Assembly (NCBI GenBank): GCA_963723525.1 | Contig: CAVRRI010000027.1 | Span: 79,807 to 143,806, forward strand | Direction: 5' to 3' | Source: an uncultured Alphaproteobacteria bacterium | GTDB lineage: Bacteria > Pseudomonadota > Alphaproteobacteria > Rhizobiales > Beijerinckiaceae | DNA: 64,000 nucleotides | Shown: piece by piece, positions 45,706 through 56,634 of the stretch | Numbering within the stretch: position 1 is the stretch's first letter | How the letters are laid out: the number at the start of each line of letters is the position of its first letter | Notes under the pieces: generated by a model | What the model was told of the DNA's origin: nothing | Database searches by the model: none | The model's input: the letters and a program-made list of their open reading frames with translations, nothing else | Program-made: the position numbers and the translations under genes

Positions 45706-46212
45706 ATGGAGAGCGGCAAGGCATCTCAGCCCTTGCGGGAGCGCGAGCCACCCGTTTTCGCGGCGGTGATCCGGCCGCACCGCTCGCTCGGCCGGGACGG
45801 CTTCAGGACCGTCATGGCTCTGTGCTGCCTCGGCACGGCCGCGGCGAGCATTCCCTTCGTGGTCCTCGGGGCATGGCCGGTCGCGGGGTTCTTCGGCCTC
45901 GACCTTCTGGCGCTCTATGTCGCCTTCCTGATCAGTTTCCGCAGCGGCCGGTCGTTCGAGGAGCTCGAGCTGACGCCGCTCGAACTCCTGTTCCGGAAGG
46001 TCACTTGGCGGGGCGAGGCGCGGGAATGGCGCTTCAATCCGCTCTGGACCCGCCTCGACCGGGAGGAGGACGACGAATTCGGGCTCCAGCATCTGGCGCT
46101 GATCTCCCGGGGCGAGCGGGTGGTGATCGCGCGGGACTTGTCGCCGCCGGAGCGCGAGAGCCTGGCGGACGCGCTCGGGCGCGCGCTGTCGGACGTCAAG
46201 CGCGGGTATTGA
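45706..46212 (+). CDS. DUF2244 membrane protein
   Basis: PHRSLG..GF, GAWPVAGFFGLD, FNPLW, LSPPERE. Confidence 0.85.
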   Translation: MESGKASQPLREREPPVFAAVIRPHRSLGRDGFRTVMALCCLGTAAASIPFVVLGAWPVAGFFGLDLLALYVAFLISFRSGRSFEELELTPLELLFRKVTWRGEAREWRFNPLWTRLDREEDDEFGLQHLALISRGERVVIARDLSPPERESLADALGRALSDVKRGY

Positions 46213-46399
46213 TCGCTCCGACCGCCTCGCGACAACGGCCCCGGCAGCGCCCATGGCCGAGGCTTGCCCACGAGATGACGGCGCGGCGTCTGCGGAAGCC
46301 TTGGCGCAAGCGTCGGGCGGAGGCCGCCGGCCGCACAGGAATCGGGTGTCGCCGGACCGCGGGTCCCGATAGAGTCGCCCGTTCCGAGGTCCAGGTCCC

Positions 46400-47299
46400 A
46401 TGCTGAACACATTGCGCGACACTCTCGTCGAATCCGCCGGGCCGGTGTCCGGCGGCGACGGCCCGGCCGCCGATTACGAGCGCGTGCGCCGCATCATCGC
46501 CTTTATTTCCGAGCGCTGGCGCGATCAGCCGTCGCTGGACGACATGGCGAGGCAGGTGGGGCTTTCGACGGCCCACGTGCACCACCTCTTCCGCCGCTGG
46601 TGCGGGCTGACGCCGAAAGCCTTTCTCCAGGCGATCACCCTCGACAACGCGAAGGCGCTTCTCGCCTCCTCGGCGAGCGTCCTCGACACGACCTACGAGC
46701 TCGGGCTTTCGGGGCCGGGGCGGCTGCACGACCTCTTCGTGGCCCACGAGGCGATGACGCCGGGAGACTTCAAGGCCGGCGGCGCCGGGCTCGTCATGCG
46801 CTTCGGTTTCCACCCCTCCCCGTTCGGCGAGGCGATCCTCATCGCGACCGACCGCGGCCTCGCCGGCCTCGGCTTCGTCGACGACGGCGACCGCGCCACC
46901 GCCCTCGACGACATGCGCCGGCGCTGGCCGAAGGCGCAATACGCGGAGGATCAGGCCGCCACCGCGCCCCTCGCCCGGCGGATCTTCGACCCGGGCCGCT
47001 GGCGGGCGGAACAGCCCCTGCGGGTCGTCATGATCGGGACCGATTTCGAGGTCCGGGTCTGGGAGACCCTCCTGAGGATCCCCCTCGGGCAAGCGACCAC
47101 CTATTCGGATATCGCGACCCGAATCGGCCGGCCGACGGCGAGCCGCGCCGTGGGGGCGGCGGTCGGGAAAAACCCGATCTCCTTCGTGGTGCCCTGCCAT
47201 CGCGTGCTCGGCCGTTCGGGCGCGCTCACCGGCTATCATTGGGGCCTCACCCGCAAGCAGGCCATTCTGGGCTGGGAAGCCGGCGCCCGGTCCCGCTGA
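46400..47299 (+). CDS. AraC-HTH / methylated-DNA-protein-cysteine methyltransferase (Ada/Ogt-like)
   Basis: HHLFRRWCGLTPKAF, GRLHDLF, RAVGAAVGKNP..VPCHRV. Confidence 0.92.
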   Translation: MLNTLRDTLVESAGPVSGGDGPAADYERVRRIIAFISERWRDQPSLDDMARQVGLSTAHVHHLFRRWCGLTPKAFLQAITLDNAKALLASSASVLDTTYELGLSGPGRLHDLFVAHEAMTPGDFKAGGAGLVMRFGFHPSPFGEAILIATDRGLAGLGFVDDGDRATALDDMRRRWPKAQYAEDQAATAPLARRIFDPGRWRAEQPLRVVMIGTDFEVRVWETLLRIPLGQATTYSDIATRIGRPTASRAVGAAVGKNPISFVVPCHRVLGRSGALTGYHWGLTRKQAILGWEAGARSR

Positions 47300-47450
47300 C
47301 GGCCTGTCCGGAACCCACGCCCCGACCTGGCGGCCCCGGGGGTCGGGGCGCCCCCGGCCGTGCGGCTGCCCGGCCCATGGCCGGAATGCAACAGCCTGCC
47401 GGTCCGTCAAGCTTGGCCGCAGAACAGCCTTGTTCTTCGCCGCCTCATCG

Positions 47451-47479
47451 CTTGCGGCCAGGAAAACCCCTTCTTATAT
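47451..47479 (+). promoter_or_regulatory. Putative RpoH (sigma32) promoter of dnaK
   Basis: CTTGCG-N16-CTTATAT matches the alphaproteobacterial CTTGAA-N16-CCTATAT pattern. Confidence 0.65.
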
Positions 47480-47589
47480 GAGCCGCAGCGCAGGGTCCGA
47501 CCGAGATGCGGGCGAGCTCTGCTCGTCATTTCAGTCAACATCAGCCATGGGCCGAGCTGCTTTCAGGGCTCGGCGGTCTGCTTGGATAA

Positions 47590-49521
<1,932 letters not shown>

Positions 49522-49549
49522 ACGCGTCCTCGCATCGCTTCTTCGACCA

Positions 49550-49582
49550 GGACGCGGGGCCAGCACCCCGCGTCCGTGTTTG
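49550..49582 (+). terminator. Hairpin after dnaK, possible terminator or stability element
   Basis: GGACGCGGGG-CCAGCA-CCCCGCGTCC followed by GTGTTTG (weak U-tract). Confidence 0.5.
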
Positions 49583-49597
49583 CGGAGATCACTCCCC

Positions 49598-50379
49598 ATG
49601 ACAGCTGCCATCCGGTCCGGTGCGCTGGCCCTCCTCGCCTCCGCCTGCCTCGCGGCGGGAGCGTCCGCCCAGCAGCAACAGCAGCAGCCTTCCCGCAACC
49701 AGCCGAGCCCGCCCCGCGCCGCGCAGCCGGCGCCGGCGAAGCCCGCTGCTCCCGGCGCGCCGCTCGGCCGCCGCCGCGCTCCCTTCCCGGCGCGCCCTGG
49801 GCAGCCCCCGTCCTGCCGCCGAGCGCCACTCCGCCGAAGCCGGCCGTCCCGGCGGCAGCGCGGGAACTCGAGCTGAAGCCCGATCCGAAGAACCTGATCG
49901 ACTGCAAGGACGCGCCGAAGGCCGCTGTCGCGCAGGTGCCCGAGCCGCTGTCCCGCTGGGCAACGATCTACTGCACCAACCAGGGACACATCCTGACCTC
50001 GAACGAGAACTTCTATTCGGCGATCCCGCGCACGCGGGGCAAGCTGCGCGGGGTCTTGAGCGCGGCGCAGATCGGCGGCGGACGAAAGGGCGAGATCGGC
50101 CACGGGGCCTATTTCACCAAGATCGATTATGCGCCGGTGTCGCCCGCCGATGCGCAGAAGCTCATGGGCGGGATCGACCCGGCGGTTCTCCAGCTCGTGC
50201 GCGACAAGCCGCTCTTCCGGCTCGGCGCTGACGGTCGACACCGGCCAGACCTATCAGGGCGTCGTGGTCGACCCGCGAAGGACCCGTTCTGGGTCATCCC
50301 GATCGTCGACGGCAAGCTCGCCCGCACGGGCTTCTACGTCGCGACTGTCGACTTTGTGAGAACAAGGCGGATGCAGTGA
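49598..50379 (+). CDS. Hypothetical exported protein with a Gln/Pro/Ala-rich linker; indels
   Basis: [30 protein letters not shown] signal; globular C-terminal part with two Cys; host-like codon usage. Confidence 0.7.
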
Positions 50380-50407
50380 TGTCGGCCGTCTCTCCTCCTG
50401 CGCGCAG

Positions 50408-50525
50408 CTGGCGCATCGTACGGAAAAGTGGATCCGGTTTTCCGTATCAAACGATGCGCCGCTTAAGAAAAGGAGCATCGGATGGATCCCAAAAGTGGAT
50501 TCCACTTTTGCGTCCGATGCTCTAG
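50408..50525 (-). repeat. RIME/REP-like family 1, single unit, inverted
   Basis: GCGCATCGTACGGAAAAGTGGATCCGGTTTTCCG..ACGATGCGC..GAGCATCGGATGGATCCCAAAAGTGGATTCCACTTTTGCGTCCGATGCTCTAG. Confidence 0.9.
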
Positions 50526-50550
50526 AGCGCTTCATGCCGAACGTCTGACC

Positions 50551-51694
50551 ATGTCGAAGCGCGATTACTACGAGGTTCTTGGCGTCGCGCAGGACCGCGA
50601 CCGAAGCGGAGATGAAGTCCGCGTTCCGCAAGCTCGCCATGAAGTACCACCCGGACAAGAATCCGGGCGACCACGAGGCCGAGGTCAAGTTCAAGGAAAT
50701 CAACGAAGCCTATCAGACCCTTCAGGATCCGCAGAAGCGCGCGGCCTACGACCGTTTCGGCCATGCGGCCTTCGCCAACGGCGGGGGCGGCGGCGGGCCC
50801 GGCTTCGGCAACGACTTCTCCGACTTCATGTCGGACATCTTCGAGAATTTCTTCGGCGACGGGCGCGCGGGCGCGGCCGAGGCGCGGGCGGGCGCGAGCG
50901 CGGCGCCGACATGCGCTACAACCTGGAGATCTCGCTCGAAGAGGCCTTCACGGGCAAGAACGCCGACGATCAAGATCCCGACCTCCGTCACCTGCGAGGT
51001 CTGCTCCGGCAGCGGCGCCAAGGCCGGCTCGAAGCCCAAGGCCTGCCCGACCTGCGGCGGCTATGGGCGCGTGCGGGCGACGCAGGGCTTCTTCTCCATC
51101 GAGCGGACCTGCCCGAACTGCCACGGGCGCGGCGAGATCATCGACGATCCCTGCGCCGGCTGCGGCGGCGCGGGCCGCGTGACCCGCGAGCGCACGCTCT
51201 CGGTCAACGTGCCCGCCGGGCGTCGAGGACGGCACCCGCATCCGCCTCTCGGGCGAGGGCGAGGCGGGTCTGCGCGGCGGGCCGGCGGGCGACCTCTACA
51301 TCTTCCTGTCGCTCAAACCGCATACCTTCTTCCAGCGCGACGGGGCGGACCTGTTCTGCCGCGTGCCCATCTCCATGGTCACGGCTGCGCTCGGCGGCGA
51401 GACGTGACGGTGCCGACGATCGACGGCTCGGACGCCAAGGTGAAGATCCCGGAGGGAACGCAATCGGGCAAGCAGTTCCGCCTCAAGGGCAAGGGCATGC
51501 CGGTGCTGCGCTCGCGGGACGTGGGCGACCTCTACATCCAGGTCGTTGTGGAAACGCCGCAAAATCTCACCAAACGTCAGCGGGAGCTCTTGCTGGAGTT
51601 CGAGCGGGAGTGCTCAAAGGAAACTCATCCGGAGAGTTCCGGCTTTTTCTCGCGCGTGCGGGAGTTCTTCGATGGCCTCGGTGGATCCCATTAG
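50551..51694 (+). CDS. dnaJ: Chaperone DnaJ; several indels
   Basis: [16 protein letters not shown] region, four CxxCxGxG repeats. Confidence 0.96.
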
Positions 51695-51748
51695 CTTGAC
51701 CGCCGTTATCGATGAGGCCCATACGGCGAGCGCATCCGCGCGAGGGGT

Positions 51749-52369
51749 TTGATCGTGCTTCAATCGTCTCACCGGTCCGGCGCCCGAAAGGTCCCTCTCG
51801 AGGAACGCTTCGAGGACGAGGCCAGATTTCTCCGTTCGTGGCTCGAGCGTCCTCTGGTCACCGGGGCGGTGACGCCTTCGAGCCGGATGCTGGCCCGGAC
51901 CATGGCGTCCTACGTGGACCCGCGCATGCCCGGACCGGTCATCGAGCTCGGCCCCGGCACCGGACCGGTGACGGACGCCCTCGTCCGGCGCGGCATCGCG
52001 CAGGACCGGCTCGTCCTCGTCGAATACAACCCGGACTTCTGCCAGCTCCTCAAACGACGCTTCCCCAAGGCCACGATCATCCAGGGCGACGCCTACGACA
52101 TCGGCGAGGCCCTGGGAGAGGTCCTGACGGAGCCCGCGGCGGCCACGGTGTCGAGCCTGCCGCTTTTCACGAAACCGATGGAGCAGCGCCTCGACCTGCT
52201 GACGGCGGCCCAGGACGTGATGCACGCCAACGCACCCTTCATCCAGTTCACCTACGCGGTCGTCCCGCCGCTCCCTGCCCGCTCGAAGCACTACACGGCG
52301 CGGGGTTCGAACCGCGTCTGGCTCAACCTGCCCCCGGCGCGGGTCTGGGTCTACCGGAAGCACGCGTGA
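51749..52369 (+). CDS. pmtA: Phospholipid N-methyltransferase
   Basis: [37 protein letters not shown]; follows dnaJ. Confidence 0.88.
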   Translation: MIVLQSSHRSGARKVPLEERFEDEARFLRSWLERPLVTGAVTPSSRMLARTMASYVDPRMPGPVIELGPGTGPVTDALVRRGIAQDRLVLVEYNPDFCQLLKRRFPKATIIQGDAYDIGEALGEVLTEPAAATVSSLPLFTKPMEQRLDLLTAAQDVMHANAPFIQFTYAVVPPLPARSKHYTARGSNRVWLNLPPARVWVYRKHA

Positions 52370-52401
52370 CGGCGGCCTCGCCCGCCGGTCGGCCGGCAGA
52401 C

Positions 52402-53105
52402 ATGGCCACGGCCCGCGATCGCCTCATCGTCGCCCTCGACGTCCCGACCGTCGCGGAGGCCCGCGCGCTCGTCGAGCGGATCGGAGAAGCCGGCTCGTTC
52501 TACAAGATCGGCTACCAGCTCGGATACGCGGGAGGACTGGCCTTCGCGGAAGAACTCGTCGCGCAGGGCAAGCGGGTCTTCCTCGACCTGAAGCTCCACG
52601 ACATCGGCAATACGGTGGAAGAGGGCGTGCGCTCCGCCGCGCGGACCGGCGCCTCTCTTCTGACCGTCCACGCCTACCCGCAGACGATGCGTGCCGCCGT
52701 CCGGGGCAAGGCCGGCTCGCCCCTGAAGATCCTCGCCGTGACCGTGCTCACCTCCTACGACGATGCGGACCTCGCCGATGCGGGATACGCGATCGGCGCC
52801 GCCGACCTCGTGGCGCGCCGCGCCGCTCAGGCGCGGGACCTCGATATCGACGGCATCGTCTGCGCTCCGACGGAAGCCGCCGCCGTCCGCGCGCTCATCG
52901 GCCCGGACCGGCTCGTCGTGACCCCCGGCATACGCCCGGCGGGCGCGGCGGCGGGCGACCAGAAGCGGGTGACGGCGCCCGGCGACGCCATCCGCGCCGG
53001 CGCGAGCCATCTCGTGGTCGGCCGCCCGATCACGGAAGCTGACGACCCGCGCGGCCGCGGCGCGAGGCGATCGTCGCGGAGATCGACTCGGCGTCCTCCG
53101 GCTAG
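52402..53105 (+). CDS. pyrF: Orotidine-5'-phosphate decarboxylase; indel near the 3' end
   Basis: [40 protein letters not shown]; corrected end ..[15 protein letters not shown]. Confidence 0.95.
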
Positions 53106-53160
53106 CGCATCGTGCGGACAAGTGGCCCCGGTTGTCCGCGCAAAACGATGCGCTGCTCAA
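53102..53160 (-). repeat. RIME/REP-like family 1, B half only
   Basis: CTAGCGCATCGTGCGGACAAGTGGCCCCGGTTGTCCGCGCAAAACGATGCGCTG. Confidence 0.85.
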
Positions 53161-53223
53161 GAGAGGACGCTTGACGATCGCGCAGCGCTGACGTTCGTTG
53201 CGGGCTCGATCAGGGAGCTCTTC

Positions 53224-53514
53224 ATGCCCAAGGGATACATCATCGCCCGCGTCACCGTTACCGATCCTCAAGCCTATGCGGAATACGCCAAGGGGGCGAC
53301 CGAGGCGATCAGGCTCTACGGCGGGAAACCTCTCGCCCGGGGCGGGAGCTACGAGGCTCTCGAAGGCGAGGCCCGGGCGCGCAACGTCGTGATCGAGTTC
53401 GAGAGCTTCGAGCAGGCGAAGCGCTACTATCATTCTCCCGAATACCAGGCCGCCAAGGCGAAGCGCGCCGGCGCCGCCGTCGGAGAATTCGTCGTGGTCG
53501 AAGGAGCGGAGTGA
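53224..53514 (+). CDS. DUF1330 protein
   Basis: [33 protein letters not shown]. Confidence 0.9.
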   Translation: MPKGYIIARVTVTDPQAYAEYAKGATEAIRLYGGKPLARGGSYEALEGEARARNVVIEFESFEQAKRYYHSPEYQAAKAKRAGAAVGEFVVVEGAE

Positions 53515-53819
53515 TGCCGAAGGGCTATTGGGTGGCCCGCGTCGATGTGCACGACGCGGAATCCTACAAGGATTACGTGGCGTCGAACGGCGTTGCCTTC
53601 GCCAAATTCGGCGGCCGCTTCCTCGTGCGAGGGGGGCCGTTCGAGATCCCCCTCGGCTCGGCCCGCAGCCGCAACGTGGTGATCGAATTCCCCACCTATC
53701 AGGCGGCTCTCGACTGCTGGCACTCGCCCGAATACCAGGCCGCGAGGGCGAAGCAGAAAGGGGGAGCGGAGGTCGACCTCGTCATCATCGAGGGCTACGA
53801 CGGTCCGCAGCCGGGATAG
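53514..53819 (+). CDS. DUF1330 protein (tandem paralog)
   Basis: [33 protein letters not shown]. Confidence 0.9.
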   Translation: MPKGYWVARVDVHDAESYKDYVASNGVAFAKFGGRFLVRGGPFEIPLGSARSRNVVIEFPTYQAALDCWHSPEYQAARAKQKGGAEVDLVIIEGYDGPQPG

Positions 53820-53903
53820 GGCGGCACGGTCCCGGCAAGACGCACCGTCGCTTTGCAGTCCCGCCGCGAGCCGCTATACCGCCGGCAACCGAAGGAGACG
53901 GGC

Positions 53904-54713
53904 ATGACCGAGATGCGGCTCGCGGTGGTCGGCGCAGCCGGGCGCATGGGGCGCTCGCTCGTGAGACTCATCCACGAGACCGACGGCTGCCGGCTCGTCG
54001 GCGCCATCGGGAACGAAGGCTCGATCGCGCTCGGCCAGGACGCCGGGCTCCTCGCCGGCTGCGGCAAGGCCGGCGTCCCCATCACGGACGATCCCCTCGC
54101 GGCCTTCGCCCAGTGCGACGGCGTGCTCGACTTCACGACTCCCGCGGCCACCGTCGGGTTCGCGGCCTTCGCCGCCCAGGCGCGCATCGTGCACGTCGTC
54201 GGAACGACCGGGCTCACCGACGACGATTTCGCGAAGCTCGAAGCCGCCGCCCGCCATGCCCGCATCGTGCAGTCAGGCAACATGTCCCTCGGCGTGAACC
54301 TCCTCGCGACGCTCGTCCGCAAGGCGGCGGCGACGCTCGGCGACGATTGGGACATCGAAGTGCTGGAGATGCATCACCGCATGAAGGTGGACGCTCCCTC
54401 CGGAACGGCGCTTCTCCTCGGCGAGGCTGCGGCGCGGGGCCGCGCGATTTCGCTGAAGGAGCGTTCCATCCGCGCTCGCGACGGGCATACGGGGGCACGC
54501 GCACCGGGCACCATCGGCTTCGCCGCGCTGCGCGGCGGGACCGTGGTCGGCGAGCACCACGTGATCCTCGCCGGAAACGGCGAGCGCGTCGAACTCACGC
54601 ATCGCGCCGAAGACCGGGATCTCTTCGCCCGCGGCGCCATCAAGGCGGCGCTCTGGGCCTTCGACAAGAAGCCGGGATACTACAGCATGGCGGATGTGCT
54701 GGGCCTCGATTAG
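53904..54713 (+). CDS. dapB: 4-hydroxy-tetrahydrodipicolinate reductase
   Basis: [34 protein letters not shown]. Confidence 0.96.
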   Translation: MTEMRLAVVGAAGRMGRSLVRLIHETDGCRLVGAIGNEGSIALGQDAGLLAGCGKAGVPITDDPLAAFAQCDGVLDFTTPAATVGFAAFAAQARIVHVVGTTGLTDDDFAKLEAAARHARIVQSGNMSLGVNLLATLVRKAAATLGDDWDIEVLEMHHRMKVDAPSGTALLLGEAAARGRAISLKERSIRARDGHTGARAPGTIGFAALRGGTVVGEHHVILAGNGERVELTHRAEDRDLFARGAIKAALWAFDKKPGYYSMADVLGLD

Positions 54714-54734
54714 AGCATGCGCGGCGCGCGCGAA

Positions 54735-54819
54735 AGTGGTTCACCGCCGACCCGCCGGGGATGACACGGCGGCGGCTTGGCCCGCCGCCGGTCGTCTCTC
54801 AGGAGGAGAACGCCTCGTG
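54735..54819 (+). repeat. Dispersed structured element family 3, copy A
   Basis: Homologous to the reverse complement of 60111-60201; 9-bp stem CGGCGGCGG-CTTGGC-CCGCCGCCG. Confidence 0.8.
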
Positions 54820-54923
54820 CCGGGGTTCGTCGGACCTTCTGCCTCAGGCCCGTGGCGCCTTCTCATCTTGCGCCGGACGAGCGAGACCGCATAAGCGGAA
54901 CCTTTCGATTTGGGAGATTGCCC

Positions 54924-55871
54924 GTGCGCGCCATCGGCCTCGGCCTCGTCGCTCTTCTCGCCACCGTTGCGCCGACCCTGGCACAGCCGACCTATCCGGC
55001 CGGATCGCGGATCGGCCTCACCCCGCCGAAGGACATGACGGCATCGAAGCGTTTCAGCGGCTTCGAGAACGCCGCCAAGGCGGCTTCGATCAGCATGATG
55101 GAAATGCCCGCGGAGGCCTACTCCCAGCTGGCCGGCGGGCTCACCAAGGAGGCCCTGGCCCGACAGGGCGTCACCGCCAGCGGGCGGCAGGAACTGACCC
55201 TCGGGGGCAAGCCGGCGATCCTCGTTTCCGGAGACCAGACCGTCGGCGGCGCGAGGCTGCGCAAATGGGTGCTGGCTCTCTCGGATCCGGGCACGACCGT
55301 CTTCATCGTGGCGCAGTGCCGGTTCGAAGGCGGGTACAGCGACGAGGAGATGCAGGCGACTCTCAAGAGCGTCGCCCTGCGCGCACCGCTGTCGCTCGAC
55401 GAGCAGCTCGCGGCGCTGCCCTTCAAGCTCGGCACGACGGCCGGCCTGCGGCCGGTGCGGTCGGTCGCGGGCAACGCTCTCTTCCTTACCGAGGGTCCTC
55501 TCGACGTGGTGAAGGAGGCGGAGCAGCCGGTTCTGGTGGTGGCTTCGTCGTTCACGCCCTCTCCGCCGCCCGGAGAAGCGCGGGAACGCTTCGCGCGGGC
55601 GGCGCTCGCGTCGGGTCAGTCCGTGCGGGACATCGCCATCGAGCGCTCCGGCCCCTATCGCCTGAAAGGGCAGGATTGGCACGAGATCGTCGCCACGGGA
55701 ACGGAGGCGGCGTCCGGTCAGCCCGTGGTCGTCCTGCAGACGATCCGCTTCGGGCAGAACAGGTATCTCCGCATGGTCGGCCTCACGCGAAAGGACGCGC
55801 GCGACAGGGACCTGCCGCGCTTCCGGGCCGTGATCGACGCCGTCGAGGCGGACGACGGGGCGCTCAAGTGA
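54924..55871 (+). CDS. Hypothetical exported protein
   Basis: Signal peptide VRAIGLGLVALLATVAPTLA; open 315-aa frame with host codon usage. Confidence 0.75.
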   Translation: MRAIGLGLVALLATVAPTLAQPTYPAGSRIGLTPPKDMTASKRFSGFENAAKAASISMMEMPAEAYSQLAGGLTKEALARQGVTASGRQELTLGGKPAILVSGDQTVGGARLRKWVLALSDPGTTVFIVAQCRFEGGYSDEEMQATLKSVALRAPLSLDEQLAALPFKLGTTAGLRPVRSVAGNALFLTEGPLDVVKEAEQPVLVVASSFTPSPPPGEARERFARAALASGQSVRDIAIERSGPYRLKGQDWHEIVATGTEAASGQPVVVLQTIRFGQNRYLRMVGLTRKDARDRDLPRFRAVIDAVEADDGALK

Positions 55872-55891
55872 CGCGGGTTCCCTGAGGCGCT

Positions 55892-56569
55892 CTATGCATC
55901 CTGTTGGGGCTGTTCGGAGTCGGATCCGTCGGCCCTGCCGACCTCCGGGGAACCGTTCTCCTTCGCGCCGTTCCCCTTGCTTCCGTTTTCCCTCGGCCCG
56001 CCCTTGGCGACGCCGACAAGGGCCGGGCGAAGGACGCGCTCGCCGATGACGTAGCCGGATTGGACCACCTGCAGGACCGTGCCGTTCGGCACGTCCGGGT
56101 TCGGCACTTCGAACATGGCCTGGTGCAGGTTCGGGTCGAATTTCTGGCCCTGCGGGTCGAGCTTCCTGACGCCGTGACGCTCGAGCGTCTTCAGAAGGTC
56201 GCGCTGGGTGAGGTCGATGCCCTCGATCAGCCCCCTGAAGGCGCCGTCGGCGCTCTCGCGGGCCTCCCCCGGCACGCTCCCGAGGGCCCGCTCGACATTG
56301 TCGGCCACGTTCAGCATGTCGCGGGCGAAATTCGCGACGGCGTAGGAGCGGGCGTCCGCCACTTCGCGCTCGGTGCGGCGGCGCAGGTTCTCCATGTCGG
56401 CGAGCGTGCGCAGAAGCTTGTCCTTGAGGTCGAGCTTTTCGGCCTCGAGCACCGCAACCGGGTCGAGTTCGCGGGCAGGCACGGCGTCGTTTGCGACTTC
56501 CGGCGCGTCGTTCGGGGCGGAATCCTGGCCGTTCGGCGCAGGGGTTTGGTCCGTCTGGTTCGGCTTCAT
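55892..56569 (-). CDS. grpE: Nucleotide exchange factor GrpE
   Basis: [35 protein letters not shown]. Confidence 0.96.
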   Translation of the reverse strand: MKPNQTDQTPAPNGQDSAPNDAPEVANDAVPARELDPVAVLEAEKLDLKDKLLRTLADMENLRRRTEREVADARSYAVANFARDMLNVADNVERALGSVPGEARESADGAFRGLIEGIDLTQRDLLKTLERHGVRKLDPQGQKFDPNLHQAMFEVPNPDVPNGTVLQVVQSGYVIGERVLRPALVGVAKGGPRENGSKGNGAKENGSPEVGRADGSDSEQPQQDA

Positions 56570-56605
56570 CGTCGGTCGCTTGAGATGGGAAAGGGGTCGG
56601 GCCTC

Positions 56606-56634
56606 ATATCAGGGCGCAAGCGCCCGAAATCAAG
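56606..56634 (-). promoter_or_regulatory. Putative RpoH promoter of grpE, overlapping the glnD stop
   Basis: CTTGAT-N16-CTGATAT on the minus strand. Confidence 0.6.

Noticed and set aside
51712-53514. Apparent PyrF-DUF1330 fusion
   Set aside because: An indel near 53060 reads through a repeat; the corrected pyrF stops at 53105
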